Shown here piece after piece: positions 40,307 through 49,694 of a DNA stretch of 64,000 nucleotides. Positions within the stretch are counted from its first letter, which is position 1; each line of letters begins with the position of its first letter. Location of the stretch: IMG/VR virus record IMGVR_UViG_3300032011_003340, one strand, 5' to 3'. The notes below the pieces were generated by a model. The model did no database searches, was not told the DNA's origin, and saw nothing but the letters and a program-made list of their open reading frames with translations. Both the position numbers and the translations under genes were made by a program. This DNA comes from an uncultured virus (IMG/VR IMGVR_UViG_3300032011_003340) (Duplodnaviria > Heunggongvirae > Uroviricota > Caudoviricetes).

Positions 40307-41396
40307 CTGCTTCTAATGGTTTTTTATCATTAGATAATTTACGATATTCAACAGTTATCATTTTACCTTTTACATCTTTTTCAAAATTACGAGCCCATTC
40401 TTCACGTTGTTCACTTGTTCCTTTAAGTTTAACATGAAAAACTTTCCCTTCTTTTGTTCTACATATTAAAGTAGATTGTTTTTTCATTTTACCTTTATTC
40501 CAATAATGATCAATACATTCAAATTCATCAGTTACTCTAGGTTTAAGTTTAGTTTTACCTGATGTTCTAAATCCAAAACCATATTTTGAATCAGGATCAC
40601 AAAATACACTTCCTTCATAACCTAAATCTAATGCATTTTTATGAAATTTCATAATATCTTTTTCTGTTTTAACAGTTTTACCGTAATCAATTACAATATT
40701 TGGAAAATCTGTTGTATCTAAAGCAAGTAATAAATTACGTCTTTGAGCAAAAGTGAGATTCGGTATAGCTACATCATATATATGATATTCCAATTTATTA
40801 TTTGGATCATCTCTTTTAACCATACTTCCAATTTCTTGTAAAGGAACACCATGTAAATACAATTCACCATCAAATGCTTGATCTAATTGAGTTTTCATTA
40901 TTTTAGTTATACTTTCTAAAATATGAGGTATATTAAATATTTTACCTTCACGAGATTTAAGTCGTATAGTACCTTCATGATTTTCAGCAATACACCTACA
41001 TCCATCTTTTTTAAATTGAACATAACCTGATTTAAAGTTATCTTTTTTAGGTTTATATTTATTTAATAACATTGGCATTATAGATTTGTCTTTAAAAGTG
41101 TTATTTGTTGATTCATCAACATATGTCATTGTATCTTTATAACCTTTTGCAAACATTAAATTCCATTTACTCATCAATTCCTTTTCTGCTTGTTGTTGAG
41201 GAGTAGTTTCATTTTTACGTCCAATATTTTTACCTGTAGTTACCTTAACAGAACTAATAGAAAATTTAGTACTTCCTATTGTTCCTGTTTTAGCATACAT
41301 TACATATACATTTTTACCTGTTTCTTTACGAGTATAAAGATCTAAATAAGCTACTTTATTATATTGTGTCTTTTTATATAATCTTTTAAGTTTCAT
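40278..41396 (-). CDS. ATP-dependent DNA ligase
   Basis: GKNIGRKNETT, QFKKDGCRC (KxDG adenylation motif), SREGK, FDGELY, YDV, GYEG, KLK, OB-fold C-terminus ending IRDYE. Confidence 0.92.
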   Translation of the reverse strand: MKLKRLYKKTQYNKVAYLDLYTRKETGKNVYVMYAKTGTIGSTKFSISSVKVTTGKNIGRKNETTPQQQAEKELMSKWNLMFAKGYKDTMTYVDESTNNTFKDKSIMPMLLNKYKPKKDNFKSGYVQFKKDGCRCIAENHEGTIRLKSREGKIFNIPHILESITKIMKTQLDQAFDGELYLHGVPLQEIGSMVKRDDPNNKLEYHIYDVAIPNLTFAQRRNLLLALDTTDFPNIVIDYGKTVKTEKDIMKFHKNALDLGYEGSVFCDPDSKYGFGFRTSGKTKLKPRVTDEFECIDHYWNKGKMKKQSTLICRTKEGKVFHVKLKGTSEQREEWARNFEKDVKGKMITVEYRKLSNDKKPLEAVGIAIRDYE

Positions 41397-41413
41397 AATA
41401 CTTTTTTTAATTA

Positions 41414-41447
41414 AAATAGACTGACATATTTCTACATCAGTCTATTT
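41414..41447 (-). terminator. Intergenic hairpin, terminator-like
   Basis: AAATAGACTGA-12 nt-TCAGTCTATTT between the RNR and ligase genes. Confidence 0.7.
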
Positions 41448-41481
41448 ATAAATTTCTAATTATTTTTATTTTTATAATTTT

Positions 41482-43362
41482 CTAAAAATTAATTTCACAT
41501 GCACCACCTGCGCATGCTACTTGATCGTTAAGATTAGTTTTATCTTCTTCTTCAATGATTTTTGTTAAATCAATTGGATTAGATTCAATTATTTTAACTA
41601 ATCTTTCATATTCTTCTTTAGTACATTCTTGAAAAGGAGCATCTTTATATTGACCTCCATCATAAGGAAGAACAGATAATCCGTTATAATTATTTTTATT
41701 ATTCCACATCCATTCTCCTACATCTTTCCATTCATTTTCTTTAATACTAATAGTAGCACTTACATTATTATGATTTTGACCACTATTATAACCTTCTTTA
41801 ACCCAGTTTAAATTAAATGAATTTACTCTTTCAATCATTTCTATTGCTGTTTCATTTTCACGTAAAATAGCCACATTTGGAGCCATTTGAGGTGTATGGA
41901 TAATAGCTGAAGTAGAATCCCATTCCATAGTTTTAACTAATTCAGGATGATATTTTGTAAAAAATGTATGTAAATCATCTCCAATAGCACATTGCATGTT
42001 ACGAATATAATACTTAGAATGCCAGGCATGTATTCCAGAACTTGTTCCTAATACACAACTTGTTGAACCAGAAGGTTTTATTGTTGTTGTTCTTGCTGCT
42101 TTATTAATACCTATAATTTTAGCAATTCTTTTATTTTCTTCTTTAACTATTTTAGTTGAATCAGGTAATAAAGAACCTTCTTTATTTATAAGATTTAATA
42201 AATCACCATTACATATACCTGTAATACCTACACCAATTAAAGCATCTTTTTCTGTATTACGTTTCCATACATCTCTAAGATAATGAAAATCAGTAAAACC
42301 TGCTTGTAATGTACCAAAGAAAGCTGCACATTTAACTCTTTTTTTAAAATCATCAATTGATGTAATATTAGCACCACTAACTTCACATAAATTACAAAAA
42401 GTATGTGGTCGTAATGCAATTTCACAACATGGATTAGTTCCCCACTCTTTGTCTTGATTCCAATAAATTCCGGGTTCTCCAAAACCTGATGACTCAATTT
42501 GTTTCCAAATTTTATTAAAGAATGTTTTACTTGCTTTATGTCTTAATAGGTTAACAGAATTATTAGCTCTACCTCTTTGACTGTTAAGTTCATACCATTT
42601 ACCTGACTTACAAGATATCATTTCTTCATCATCTGCACTAAATAAACTAATCATTGCACTTCTTCTTATTCCTCCTGCTAATACTGAATCAGCAATATGA
42701 CATTGAATATCATGACATTCTAAAGTGGTTAATTTATCTCCATTTTGTTTTCTATCAAGTATTAATTCAATTTCATGTAAACACCTACGTAATGGTTCTG
42801 GTCCTGGAGCTTTACCTCCAGCTGTTACTAATCTTGCACCTTTAGGTCTAATATCAGAAAAATTAAATTTTGGTTTTGATTTAGCATATCCTAAATAAGA
42901 TTTTAAAAGCGCTTTAATTGAATCAGCCCAACCTGTAATATCATCTGATACTAAGTATTTTCTTTCTTTAGTAGGTCTAATAATTTCAGGTAATTGTTCA
43001 ATATGATGTTTTTGTACAGAGTAACCAACACCACAACCTGATAATAATAAAAACATTGTTTCTGAAAATGCTCTATAATCATTAACAGGTAAATAAGAAC
43101 AATTATACCCACGTGCTTCATTTTTCTCAATTGCAATTCCACTAAATTGACACATTCTCATAGAAGGTAAAACTTCTTTTTTATATATCAATTTAATATT
43201 ATTTTCAATTTCATCATGCAATTGAGGATATTTTTTCTTCATCATTGTTTCATACCGCATTACAATTTCTTCCCAAGTTTCACGTCGTTTTAATTGAGGA
43301 TTATATTTTGCATATTTTGTATAAACAACAATATCCGATAATAATTTTTGACTTTTATTCAT
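41482..43362 (-). CDS. nrdJ: Class II (adenosylcobalamin-dependent) ribonucleotide reductase
   Basis: RRETWEE, YNC, GCGVG, GGIRRSA, GEPG, GTNPCCEI, CNL, TIKPSG, NVSAT, C-terminal CAGGACEI; no intein apparent. Confidence 0.92.
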   Translation of the reverse strand: MNKSQKLLSDIVVYTKYAKYNPQLKRRETWEEIVMRYETMMKKKYPQLHDEIENNIKLIYKKEVLPSMRMCQFSGIAIEKNEARGYNCSYLPVNDYRAFSETMFLLLSGCGVGYSVQKHHIEQLPEIIRPTKERKYLVSDDITGWADSIKALLKSYLGYAKSKPKFNFSDIRPKGARLVTAGGKAPGPEPLRRCLHEIELILDRKQNGDKLTTLECHDIQCHIADSVLAGGIRRSAMISLFSADDEEMISCKSGKWYELNSQRGRANNSVNLLRHKASKTFFNKIWKQIESSGFGEPGIYWNQDKEWGTNPCCEIALRPHTFCNLCEVSGANITSIDDFKKRVKCAAFFGTLQAGFTDFHYLRDVWKRNTEKDALIGVGITGICNGDLLNLINKEGSLLPDSTKIVKEENKRIAKIIGINKAARTTTIKPSGSTSCVLGTSSGIHAWHSKYYIRNMQCAIGDDLHTFFTKYHPELVKTMEWDSTSAIIHTPQMAPNVAILRENETAIEMIERVNSFNLNWVKEGYNSGQNHNNVSATISIKENEWKDVGEWMWNNKNNYNGLSVLPYDGGQYKDAPFQECTKEEYERLVKIIESNPIDLTKIIEEEDKTNLNDQVACAGGACEINF

Positions 43363-43394
43363 TTATTAAATATAATTAATATATTTTATAATCT

Positions 43395-43631
43395 TTATGT
43401 GGCTATGTTTAATATACCTTCTGCTAACTTAGTACATTCTTCTTTCATTTTTTCAGTTAAATCATCACTTAATCCACCTGCATCTAGTAATTTAGTTAAT
43501 GATTCATGTTTACTTCTTTTTAATTCAATAGCAGCAGCTCTTACACGTATTATTGCAAATTCTCTATTCATTTGTGCATCTATAGCAGCTAATTGTTCTG
43601 GTGTAATTTCTGGTTGTTTATTATCTTCCAT
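43395..43631 (-). CDS. Small hypothetical protein
   Basis: 78-aa helical ORF filling the gap between primase and RNR. Confidence 0.65.
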   Translation of the reverse strand: MEDNKQPEITPEQLAAIDAQMNREFAIIRVRAAAIELKRSKHESLTKLLDAGGLSDDLTEKMKEECTKLAEGILNIAT

Positions 43632-43633
43632 TT

Positions 43634-44599
43634 TTACTTTTTAAGTTTATTATTTATAATTTGTTTTGTATTATTTAATCCAATTTTTTTACATAATTCA
43701 GCAATATCTTTACAATCATTTACATTCGGAATAATTATATTATTGAGATTATATTCATTGGCAAATTTATTTGACATTTCAATACCTGTTTGATCATTAT
43801 CATATATAAAATATATATTTTTAAATCTACACTTAATATCATCTATTACGGCTTCTGATAATTTGTTACTTTCACTTTGAGGAGCTATAGCATTAAATCC
43901 CATTTCCCATAAACATAACATATCTTTACCTCCACTAGCAATAAATAAAATATCATCAAAATGAGGTAATTCTTTATAACCAAATATATTATTTGTTGTA
44001 GTATTCGACCTCCATTTGTTAAAATCAGAATAAGGTTGATATAATTTAACCCTAGATTCAAATTGATATACATAACATGGATCTTCTATTGCATATTTAT
44101 ATTTAGTTGTAAATATAAAAGAATTAGAATCTGATTTATAAGAACTAACAGGTTTTGCTATTTTATTTACAGTATTAAGTTTTATTTCAAATTGATTCCA
44201 GTAAGATTTATCATGTTCATTCCAATTTCTTAATTTAATTTTAAAATTAACACTTTTATTTTTTAATTTTGGAGAACTTGATCTTTGTTTTTTAGGTTTA
44301 GTTAAATTAAATTTAGTATTTGATAATAAATCTTCATGTATAATATTTAAAGCTTCATAAAAATTACAACTATGTGCCCACATAACATATTGAAAACAAT
44401 CAAAATTTGCATCTACTCCTTTTGCCCTATCAATAAACATATATTTATTTTTATGCCATTTAAAATAACACTTTCCTTTATTATCATGTCTCATAGGGTT
44501 TCTATAGATTGGTTTATTATCTTTTAATTGTTCACCCCAATAAAATTCCATTATATCTTTTTCTGTTATTTTTGACAGAATATTTTCTTTTAAAATCAT
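43634..44599 (-). CDS. DnaG-like primase (crAss type)
   Basis: NPMRHD, FDCF, YW.QF.I, KLYQP...KW, TOPRIM GKDMLCL..APQSE..YDNDQTG..KDIAE. Confidence 0.85.
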   Translation of the reverse strand: MILKENILSKITEKDIMEFYWGEQLKDNKPIYRNPMRHDNKGKCYFKWHKNKYMFIDRAKGVDANFDCFQYVMWAHSCNFYEALNIIHEDLLSNTKFNLTKPKKQRSSSPKLKNKSVNFKIKLRNWNEHDKSYWNQFEIKLNTVNKIAKPVSSYKSDSNSFIFTTKYKYAIEDPCYVYQFESRVKLYQPYSDFNKWRSNTTTNNIFGYKELPHFDDILFIASGGKDMLCLWEMGFNAIAPQSESNKLSEAVIDDIKCRFKNIYFIYDNDQTGIEMSNKFANEYNLNNIIIPNVNDCKDIAELCKKIGLNNTKQIINNKLKK

Positions 44600-44647
44600 T
44601 AAACATTTTAATATGTTTTATTAATAATATGCATTAGGTTATAAAAT

Positions 44648-44681
44648 ATAAACAGACTATTAAAATTAATAGCCTGTTTAT
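44648..44681 (-). terminator. Intergenic hairpin, terminator-like
   Basis: ATAAACAGACTATTAA-aa-TTAATAGCCTGTTTAT (one G-U pair on the minus-strand RNA) after the SSB-like gene. Confidence 0.7.
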
Positions 44682-44703
44682 TATTAAATAAGATTAAATA
44701 ATA

Positions 44704-45774
44704 TTAAAACGGAACATCATCATCAGTAACAACTGATTCTGTTTCTGTTTGATTTTGTGGTAAATCATCAACAGTTACCTCTTGAAAATCAAAGGAATTA
44801 TTCCAAAATGATTTCCATGGATATTCTTCATGTGTTAAATATTCAACTGCTTTTTTATTAAGCTTTGTTTTAGTTAATTTAACACCATTAAACATAGTAT
44901 CAGTATAATCATAATTACGATCCGTAGGTCTATATGTTGCTTCTATTCCCACAGGGAATACAGTAAAAGGAGCTAATACGTCTTGATAAATTTTATCTCC
45001 ATCTTGATTTGGACGAACACCAAGGAAAATACCAAGTTCATTATTTTTACCATCTTTAACAAAGAATTCTTTACCTTCAAAATCTTGAGGATTGTCAGCC
45101 ATTAACATATTTAAAGCTGTATAATCACCATTAAAGATATTTTCAATTACTTTAGTTGGGTTTTCACCTAATCTAAAATCATCAAGTCTTGTTGACTTTT
45201 CAGGCTCATCATTATTAATACGATGTTTATCAAGAGTACTCATTTTAAATACTAAATCATATAATGCCACTTCACCTTGACGAGCTATACGAACTGTTTC
45301 AGGATCCATTTTACGCATTGGATCTCCTGGATGATATGGACTATCATCTGCCTGAGCAGCAGTTAATTGATCTTTAATTGATTTTTTACCACTAAGTTTA
45401 AGCCAACCATTTTGGTTATGACAGTCAATTACTTGAGTTTTACCTGATTTACCACCTATTACAGGTCTATCTGAAACATAAATATCATATTTAACAAATG
45501 TGTCACCTCCGTATTTTGGTGTCTTTAATTTCATTGCTTCATTTGGGTCAAATTTAAGCAATAAAGATACAGTTCGGTATTCTTTATCTTGAATAACACG
45601 ACTATAATCGGGTTCTTTTACATCATATTCTTCAGGTATATTTTTAATGCGACGCAAATCATCTGCATTTGGATTAAATATAATAGGTGTTGCAAATACA
45701 CCACCTGTAAATGTAGCTTTAAAATTTAATTGGGTTCTTTCTGAAAATTTTTTAGTTCTATTAGTTGATTTCAT
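44704..45774 (-). CDS. Putative single-stranded DNA-binding protein (crAss-like)
   Basis: Acidic tail ending DDDVPF; FNP, SGKTQVID and ARQGE..LY motifs; lies between recombinase and primase. Confidence 0.55.
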   Translation of the reverse strand: MKSTNRTKKFSERTQLNFKATFTGGVFATPIIFNPNADDLRRIKNIPEEYDVKEPDYSRVIQDKEYRTVSLLLKFDPNEAMKLKTPKYGGDTFVKYDIYVSDRPVIGGKSGKTQVIDCHNQNGWLKLSGKKSIKDQLTAAQADDSPYHPGDPMRKMDPETVRIARQGEVALYDLVFKMSTLDKHRINNDEPEKSTRLDDFRLGENPTKVIENIFNGDYTALNMLMADNPQDFEGKEFFVKDGKNNELGIFLGVRPNQDGDKIYQDVLAPFTVFPVGIEATYRPTDRNYDYTDTMFNGVKLTKTKLNKKAVEYLTHEEYPWKSFWNNSFDFQEVTVDDLPQNQTETESVVTDDDVPF

Positions 45775-45829
45775 GTAAAATATATTTATTTATATATTAA
45801 ACAATATTAGTTATGTTAATTTTTAATTT

Positions 45830-46345
45830 TTATTGTTGTTCGATGATGATATTTTCACCTTTATTAAAATCTACTTCAACAACAATATTATCATCTTCAT
45901 TTGAAGATTCAATGTAAGATAATGTAAATGCTCCTGTTATTCCATCAATATAATTAATTTGAAATTCATGATGTTCTAATTCATTTATTTCAAATAATTG
46001 ACATATACTATTATGTATTTGTTTGGATTTTACACATCTTGTTGGTAAATGTATTTCATAAGATTTGTATTGTTTATCTGCTTTAACAGTTGGATCACTT
46101 ACAACACCGATAACAGAATCATATTCAGTTTCATCTGTTGTTGATATATTATATTGTTCAAACATAATAAGTCTATTGTTCTCATTATTTCCAACACCTA
46201 ATAAATCAATAGCCTTGCGATTTAATTTAATAACATGTCTTTTTCCTTTTACATAAGGAACTGTAGTTAATACAGGTATATCAGGATACTTATCTTCTTG
46301 TTTAATAATTATTTTTTCTTTTGTTTTTACTCTACTTAAATCCAT
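45830..46345 (-). CDS. Hypothetical protein
   Basis: 171-aa ORF in the replication block. Confidence 0.7.
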   Translation of the reverse strand: MDLSRVKTKEKIIIKQEDKYPDIPVLTTVPYVKGKRHVIKLNRKAIDLLGVGNNENNRLIMFEQYNISTTDETEYDSVIGVVSDPTVKADKQYKSYEIHLPTRCVKSKQIHNSICQLFEINELEHHEFQINYIDGITGAFTLSYIESSNEDDNIVVEVDFNKGENIIIEQQ

Positions 46346-46379
46346 TATTAAATTTAATTTAAATTATTCAATTGTTAGT

Positions 46380-47099
46380 TTATTTATATGTTGGTATAGC
46401 ATCATTGGTTTTAGGATCAATAATAAATTCAGCTTTACTAAATTCAACTACCTCATGGGTATCATATAATCCACCAATTATATCTGATGCAACTCCACGA
46501 GCTCCACGAACAACACATCTTGCATACATCATAAAACGAGGTAATTTCTTCCAATTATCTTTTTTATTCCATTGTGCAGATACAGCATCACTCCAATAAA
46601 ATGAATAATCAGATGCTATTGTTTTATTCATATCTTTATAAAATCTATGAAAACGAATAGTTGTTATATATTCAGGATTACCATTAACTTTGACTTGTTC
46701 GTCTTTATAAGCAATACTTCCATCAGGATTTTTATAATATTTAAAATTACCATCTTTATCAGCAGGTAGTATTTTACCATCTTCACCTCTAAGATAAGCG
46801 GGTACTCTTTTCATTACTGGTTCGTAATCTTTTATTAATTCAACACCAATTCCCGCCTTTGCTAAAAGACCCGGTATAACTGATGATTTAATTGCAACAT
46901 TACCTTGTATTAAATGCATTGAATTTAATGCAGTTAATGGGTCCATTTCCAATTGATGTCCTTTATTAATAATAGTTACAACATCTTCAACTTTTTTAAT
47001 ACCAGAAGGTATTATTTTCCTATCAATCATCCATTGAGCTTTCTGAAACATAGCTTCAGTATCCATCATTACAGACAATTCATTATTTTTTTTAGCCAT
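46380..47099 (-). CDS. RecT/Bet-like ssDNA-annealing protein
   Basis: G..L.MDP.TAL..MHLIQG...A....K.NWKKLPRFMMYAR...GAR...DIIGGLY..E. Confidence 0.7.
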   Translation of the reverse strand: MAKKNNELSVMMDTEAMFQKAQWMIDRKIIPSGIKKVEDVVTIINKGHQLEMDPLTALNSMHLIQGNVAIKSSVIPGLLAKAGIGVELIKDYEPVMKRVPAYLRGEDGKILPADKDGNFKYYKNPDGSIAYKDEQVKVNGNPEYITTIRFHRFYKDMNKTIASDYSFYWSDAVSAQWNKKDNWKKLPRFMMYARCVVRGARGVASDIIGGLYDTHEVVEFSKAEFIIDPKTNDAIPTYK

Positions 47100-47129
47100 T
47101 AATATATTTTATAATATTAATAATATTAG

Positions 47130-48206
47130 TTATCTTTTTACACATACTCCTTTACTCTTAAATTGTTGACAATAATCTTGAAAATCATTTAATTCTATTT
47201 CTGTAAAATCAAAATATTTTAAGTTGTTTAACATAGGTAATATTTGATCAGGAATACCCTCTCTATTCTTTACAATATGCCAATATATGAACTCAATTTC
47301 ATCACCGTTATCATCTAACCTTATTGGAAAGTTATGATCCGTATAAGCATGTAAATTCAATTTAGCGGGCATATGTGTAAACATAATATAATCACTAAAG
47401 AACTCTATGCTTGATGATGCCATTAAATCACTAGCAATTGGATAATGCATATTAGGAACTTGTATTCTTTCTACTCTTTTAATATCTCTATTCATTTGAG
47501 ATAAGACTATAAAAAATACATTACCTCCCTCATATGATATTCTTTTCTTTACTGAATTTAATGTTTCCATTAAATCATCAACTTTACTTTTTTGATTATC
47601 ACCTTTTATAATTACAGCGTGATCAATTTCAACAATTAAATAGTCTTTTTCTTCACATAATTTTTTCCAATAATAATATATTGTATCACCTATAACTTTA
47701 TGATTTTGAGGTTCTTCAACATATAACAAAGGATAGTTAAATAATTTACTATGATACTTCTTAAATATCATTTCCATTTTAGAGGCAGCCAAAGGATGTT
47801 CACTTGAATATAATTCTTGTAATGATATTTTACCTCTATTTGCTATTTCTCTACCTATAGTTTTTTGAGCTAACATTTCAAAATTAAAACTTAATCCTAT
47901 GCTTGTTTTACCTTTAGCAATTAAATTTTCATGCATGCTATTTGATATTCTTTTGGAAAGTGTAGATTTACCTCCACCGCTTAATCCACTTATAGTTAAT
48001 ATCGTATTAGGTTCAAGCATTAAAGCTTTATTTAACTTAGGATAACAAGTTTCAAGAAAAACTATTTCTCCATTGGCACGCTTACGTATATACTCTTTAT
48101 TTTGCATTATTGCTTGAGCTTGAGTTAATATACGCGGTAAAAATGAAGGTCTATCTTTGTCTTCTTTAAGAGAGTTTAATTTTTCTTTTAGTTCCTTGTT
48201 TGTCAT
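47130..48206 (-). CDS. DnaB-like SF4 replicative helicase
   Basis: SGLSGGGKST (Walker A), FNFEM, IDH, LSQMNR, P.ASD..SSSIE..SD, HIVKNREG. Confidence 0.9.
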   Translation of the reverse strand: MTNKELKEKLNSLKEDKDRPSFLPRILTQAQAIMQNKEYIRKRANGEIVFLETCYPKLNKALMLEPNTILTISGLSGGGKSTLSKRISNSMHENLIAKGKTSIGLSFNFEMLAQKTIGREIANRGKISLQELYSSEHPLAASKMEMIFKKYHSKLFNYPLLYVEEPQNHKVIGDTIYYYWKKLCEEKDYLIVEIDHAVIIKGDNQKSKVDDLMETLNSVKKRISYEGGNVFFIVLSQMNRDIKRVERIQVPNMHYPIASDLMASSSIEFFSDYIMFTHMPAKLNLHAYTDHNFPIRLDDNGDEIEFIYWHIVKNREGIPDQILPMLNNLKYFDFTEIELNDFQDYCQQFKSKGVCVKR

Positions 48207-48738
48207 CTATGTTCATTACTAGTTTATATTCATTAGAACTAATACTGCGTTCAATCATTGCTTCTATATTAGATGTATTATTTAACCATGCTTCTAAACC
48301 TTGCATGAATTCTAATTTATTATCATTTACAATTGAACCTTTTTTTCTAAACCATACTTCATATTTAATAGCATTAAGAACTGCTGTTAAATTATATGAT
48401 TCATCTATTAAAGCTTGAATTCGTTTTTTAATCTTAGTTTTATTACCTGTCCTCAAGTTTCTACCATGAGTATTTAAATGAGCCCCTGCATTAGTAGGAA
48501 ATTCTATCCTAATTAAATTATACCATTGATCTAATGAATGAATAGAATTATCTATTATTTCATCAACGGTAACATCTTCAGGAGATACATCATGACTACA
48601 AGATATTGTAATGGGGTATGATTCCCCTTTTAAATTTGCTTTTGTATATATTACAAATTTATTATTACCTTGTGGTTCAACGATAGACTCTTTTATTAAA
48701 TCATTGAGGAATTCTTCTGTACAAATTAATTTTACCAA
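48166..48738 (-). CDS. Hypothetical replication protein (possible helicase loader or initiator)
   Basis: Overlaps the helicase start; contains FP...GR.LR and FMQGLEAWLN. Confidence 0.5.
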   Translation of the reverse strand: MVKLICTEEFLNDLIKESIVEPQGNNKFVIYTKANLKGESYPITISCSHDVSPEDVTVDEIIDNSIHSLDQWYNLIRIEFPTNAGAHLNTHGRNLRTGNKTKIKKRIQALIDESYNLTAVLNAIKYEVWFRKKGSIVNDNKLEFMQGLEAWLNNTSNIEAMIERSISSNEYKLVMNIDDKQGTKRKIKLS

Positions 48739-48777
48739 TTCGTCATATTTAATTAGTTATATTTTATTAGTTGTTTT

Positions 48778-49599
48778 TTATACCAATTCTTTTTGTTTAT
48801 TTAATTCCCATGCTCTTCCTAATCTAGTTAAACCAATTCCTCCCCCAAATCTTGGAAAAAAATCATAAGACAAAAATTCTTCTAATTCAGTTTCTACTCT
48901 TTCTTTTCCAAATAATTCAAATAGTTTTTCACAATAAGTTCCATCCATAATAGAATAAAAGAAATTTCTCATTTCCTTTGCATCACAACTACGTTCTGCA
49001 GTTCCAAATGTTTCTTGACCAAATAGAATGATATCACATTTATTAAATTTACCGTCACCTATATATTTCATATTCCAAAAAGGTGATGTTCTTATCGGAA
49101 ATGTTTCAAGGGATATAGAATCACCGTATTCATTCCACATCATAGATTCATGTTCATCTTCTAATATAGGAGCATCATATTTTTTACTTGTATCATTATA
49201 ATCTAATTGAACAGGAGTATCAAATCCAAGATATTCTGTAAGTTCTATATTTAATTTTCTTAAATCATCAAAGTCTCCTTTAGATTCAAATTCAAACATT
49301 GGAAATATTTTTTCATGTCTCCCTGGAATAGGTTCTTTTTCATCTCTATAAGATGTACTTATACAAAAACAACCATCCCATTCAGGATTTTTAAGTAATT
49401 CATATTCCAACCACATTTGACCTGTTTGAGGTAATGGCCATACAAGACCATCATATTCAAATGTTGCTACAGAATGAGGATTTTCACATGCTGCTAATAT
49501 TGACTTTCTTGATTGTGATGGAACTTCTATAAAATTTTTAGAAAGGAAAAATTCTCTTAATTTTTGAACGATTTCATGATACGTTTGTGTTTGTTTCAT
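48778..49599 (-). CDS. Class IIb aminoacyl-tRNA synthetase paralog (AsnRS/AspRS catalytic domain only, no anticodon-binding domain)
   Basis: Motif 1 LREFF..NFIEVP; LPQTGQMWLE; motif 2 SYRDE..GRH..F.MFEFE; FP..SPFWNMK; motif 3 GGGIGLTRL; only 273 aa. Confidence 0.8.
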   Translation of the reverse strand: MKQTQTYHEIVQKLREFFLSKNFIEVPSQSRKSILAACENPHSVATFEYDGLVWPLPQTGQMWLEYELLKNPEWDGCFCISTSYRDEKEPIPGRHEKIFPMFEFESKGDFDDLRKLNIELTEYLGFDTPVQLDYNDTSKKYDAPILEDEHESMMWNEYGDSISLETFPIRTSPFWNMKYIGDGKFNKCDIILFGQETFGTAERSCDAKEMRNFFYSIMDGTYCEKLFELFGKERVETELEEFLSYDFFPRFGGGIGLTRLGRAWELNKQKELV

Positions 49600-49656
49600 T
49601 TTAATTTATAAAATTTTTAATTTTAAAGTATATTAAGTATATTAGGTATATTAAAA

Positions 49657-49688
49657 TGGTAAGGATTGTATAAAACATATCCTTACCA
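49657..49688 (-). terminator. Intergenic hairpin, terminator-like
   Basis: TGGTAAGGAT-12 nt-ATCCTTACCA directly after the polymerase stop. Confidence 0.7.
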
Positions 49689-49694
49689 ATATAG

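Noticed and set aside
8039..44073. Short nested minus-strand ORFs (8039..8272, 42237..42497, 42951..43142, 43885..44073)
   Set aside because: They are out-of-frame ORFs inside well-supported genes and have no recognisable content.
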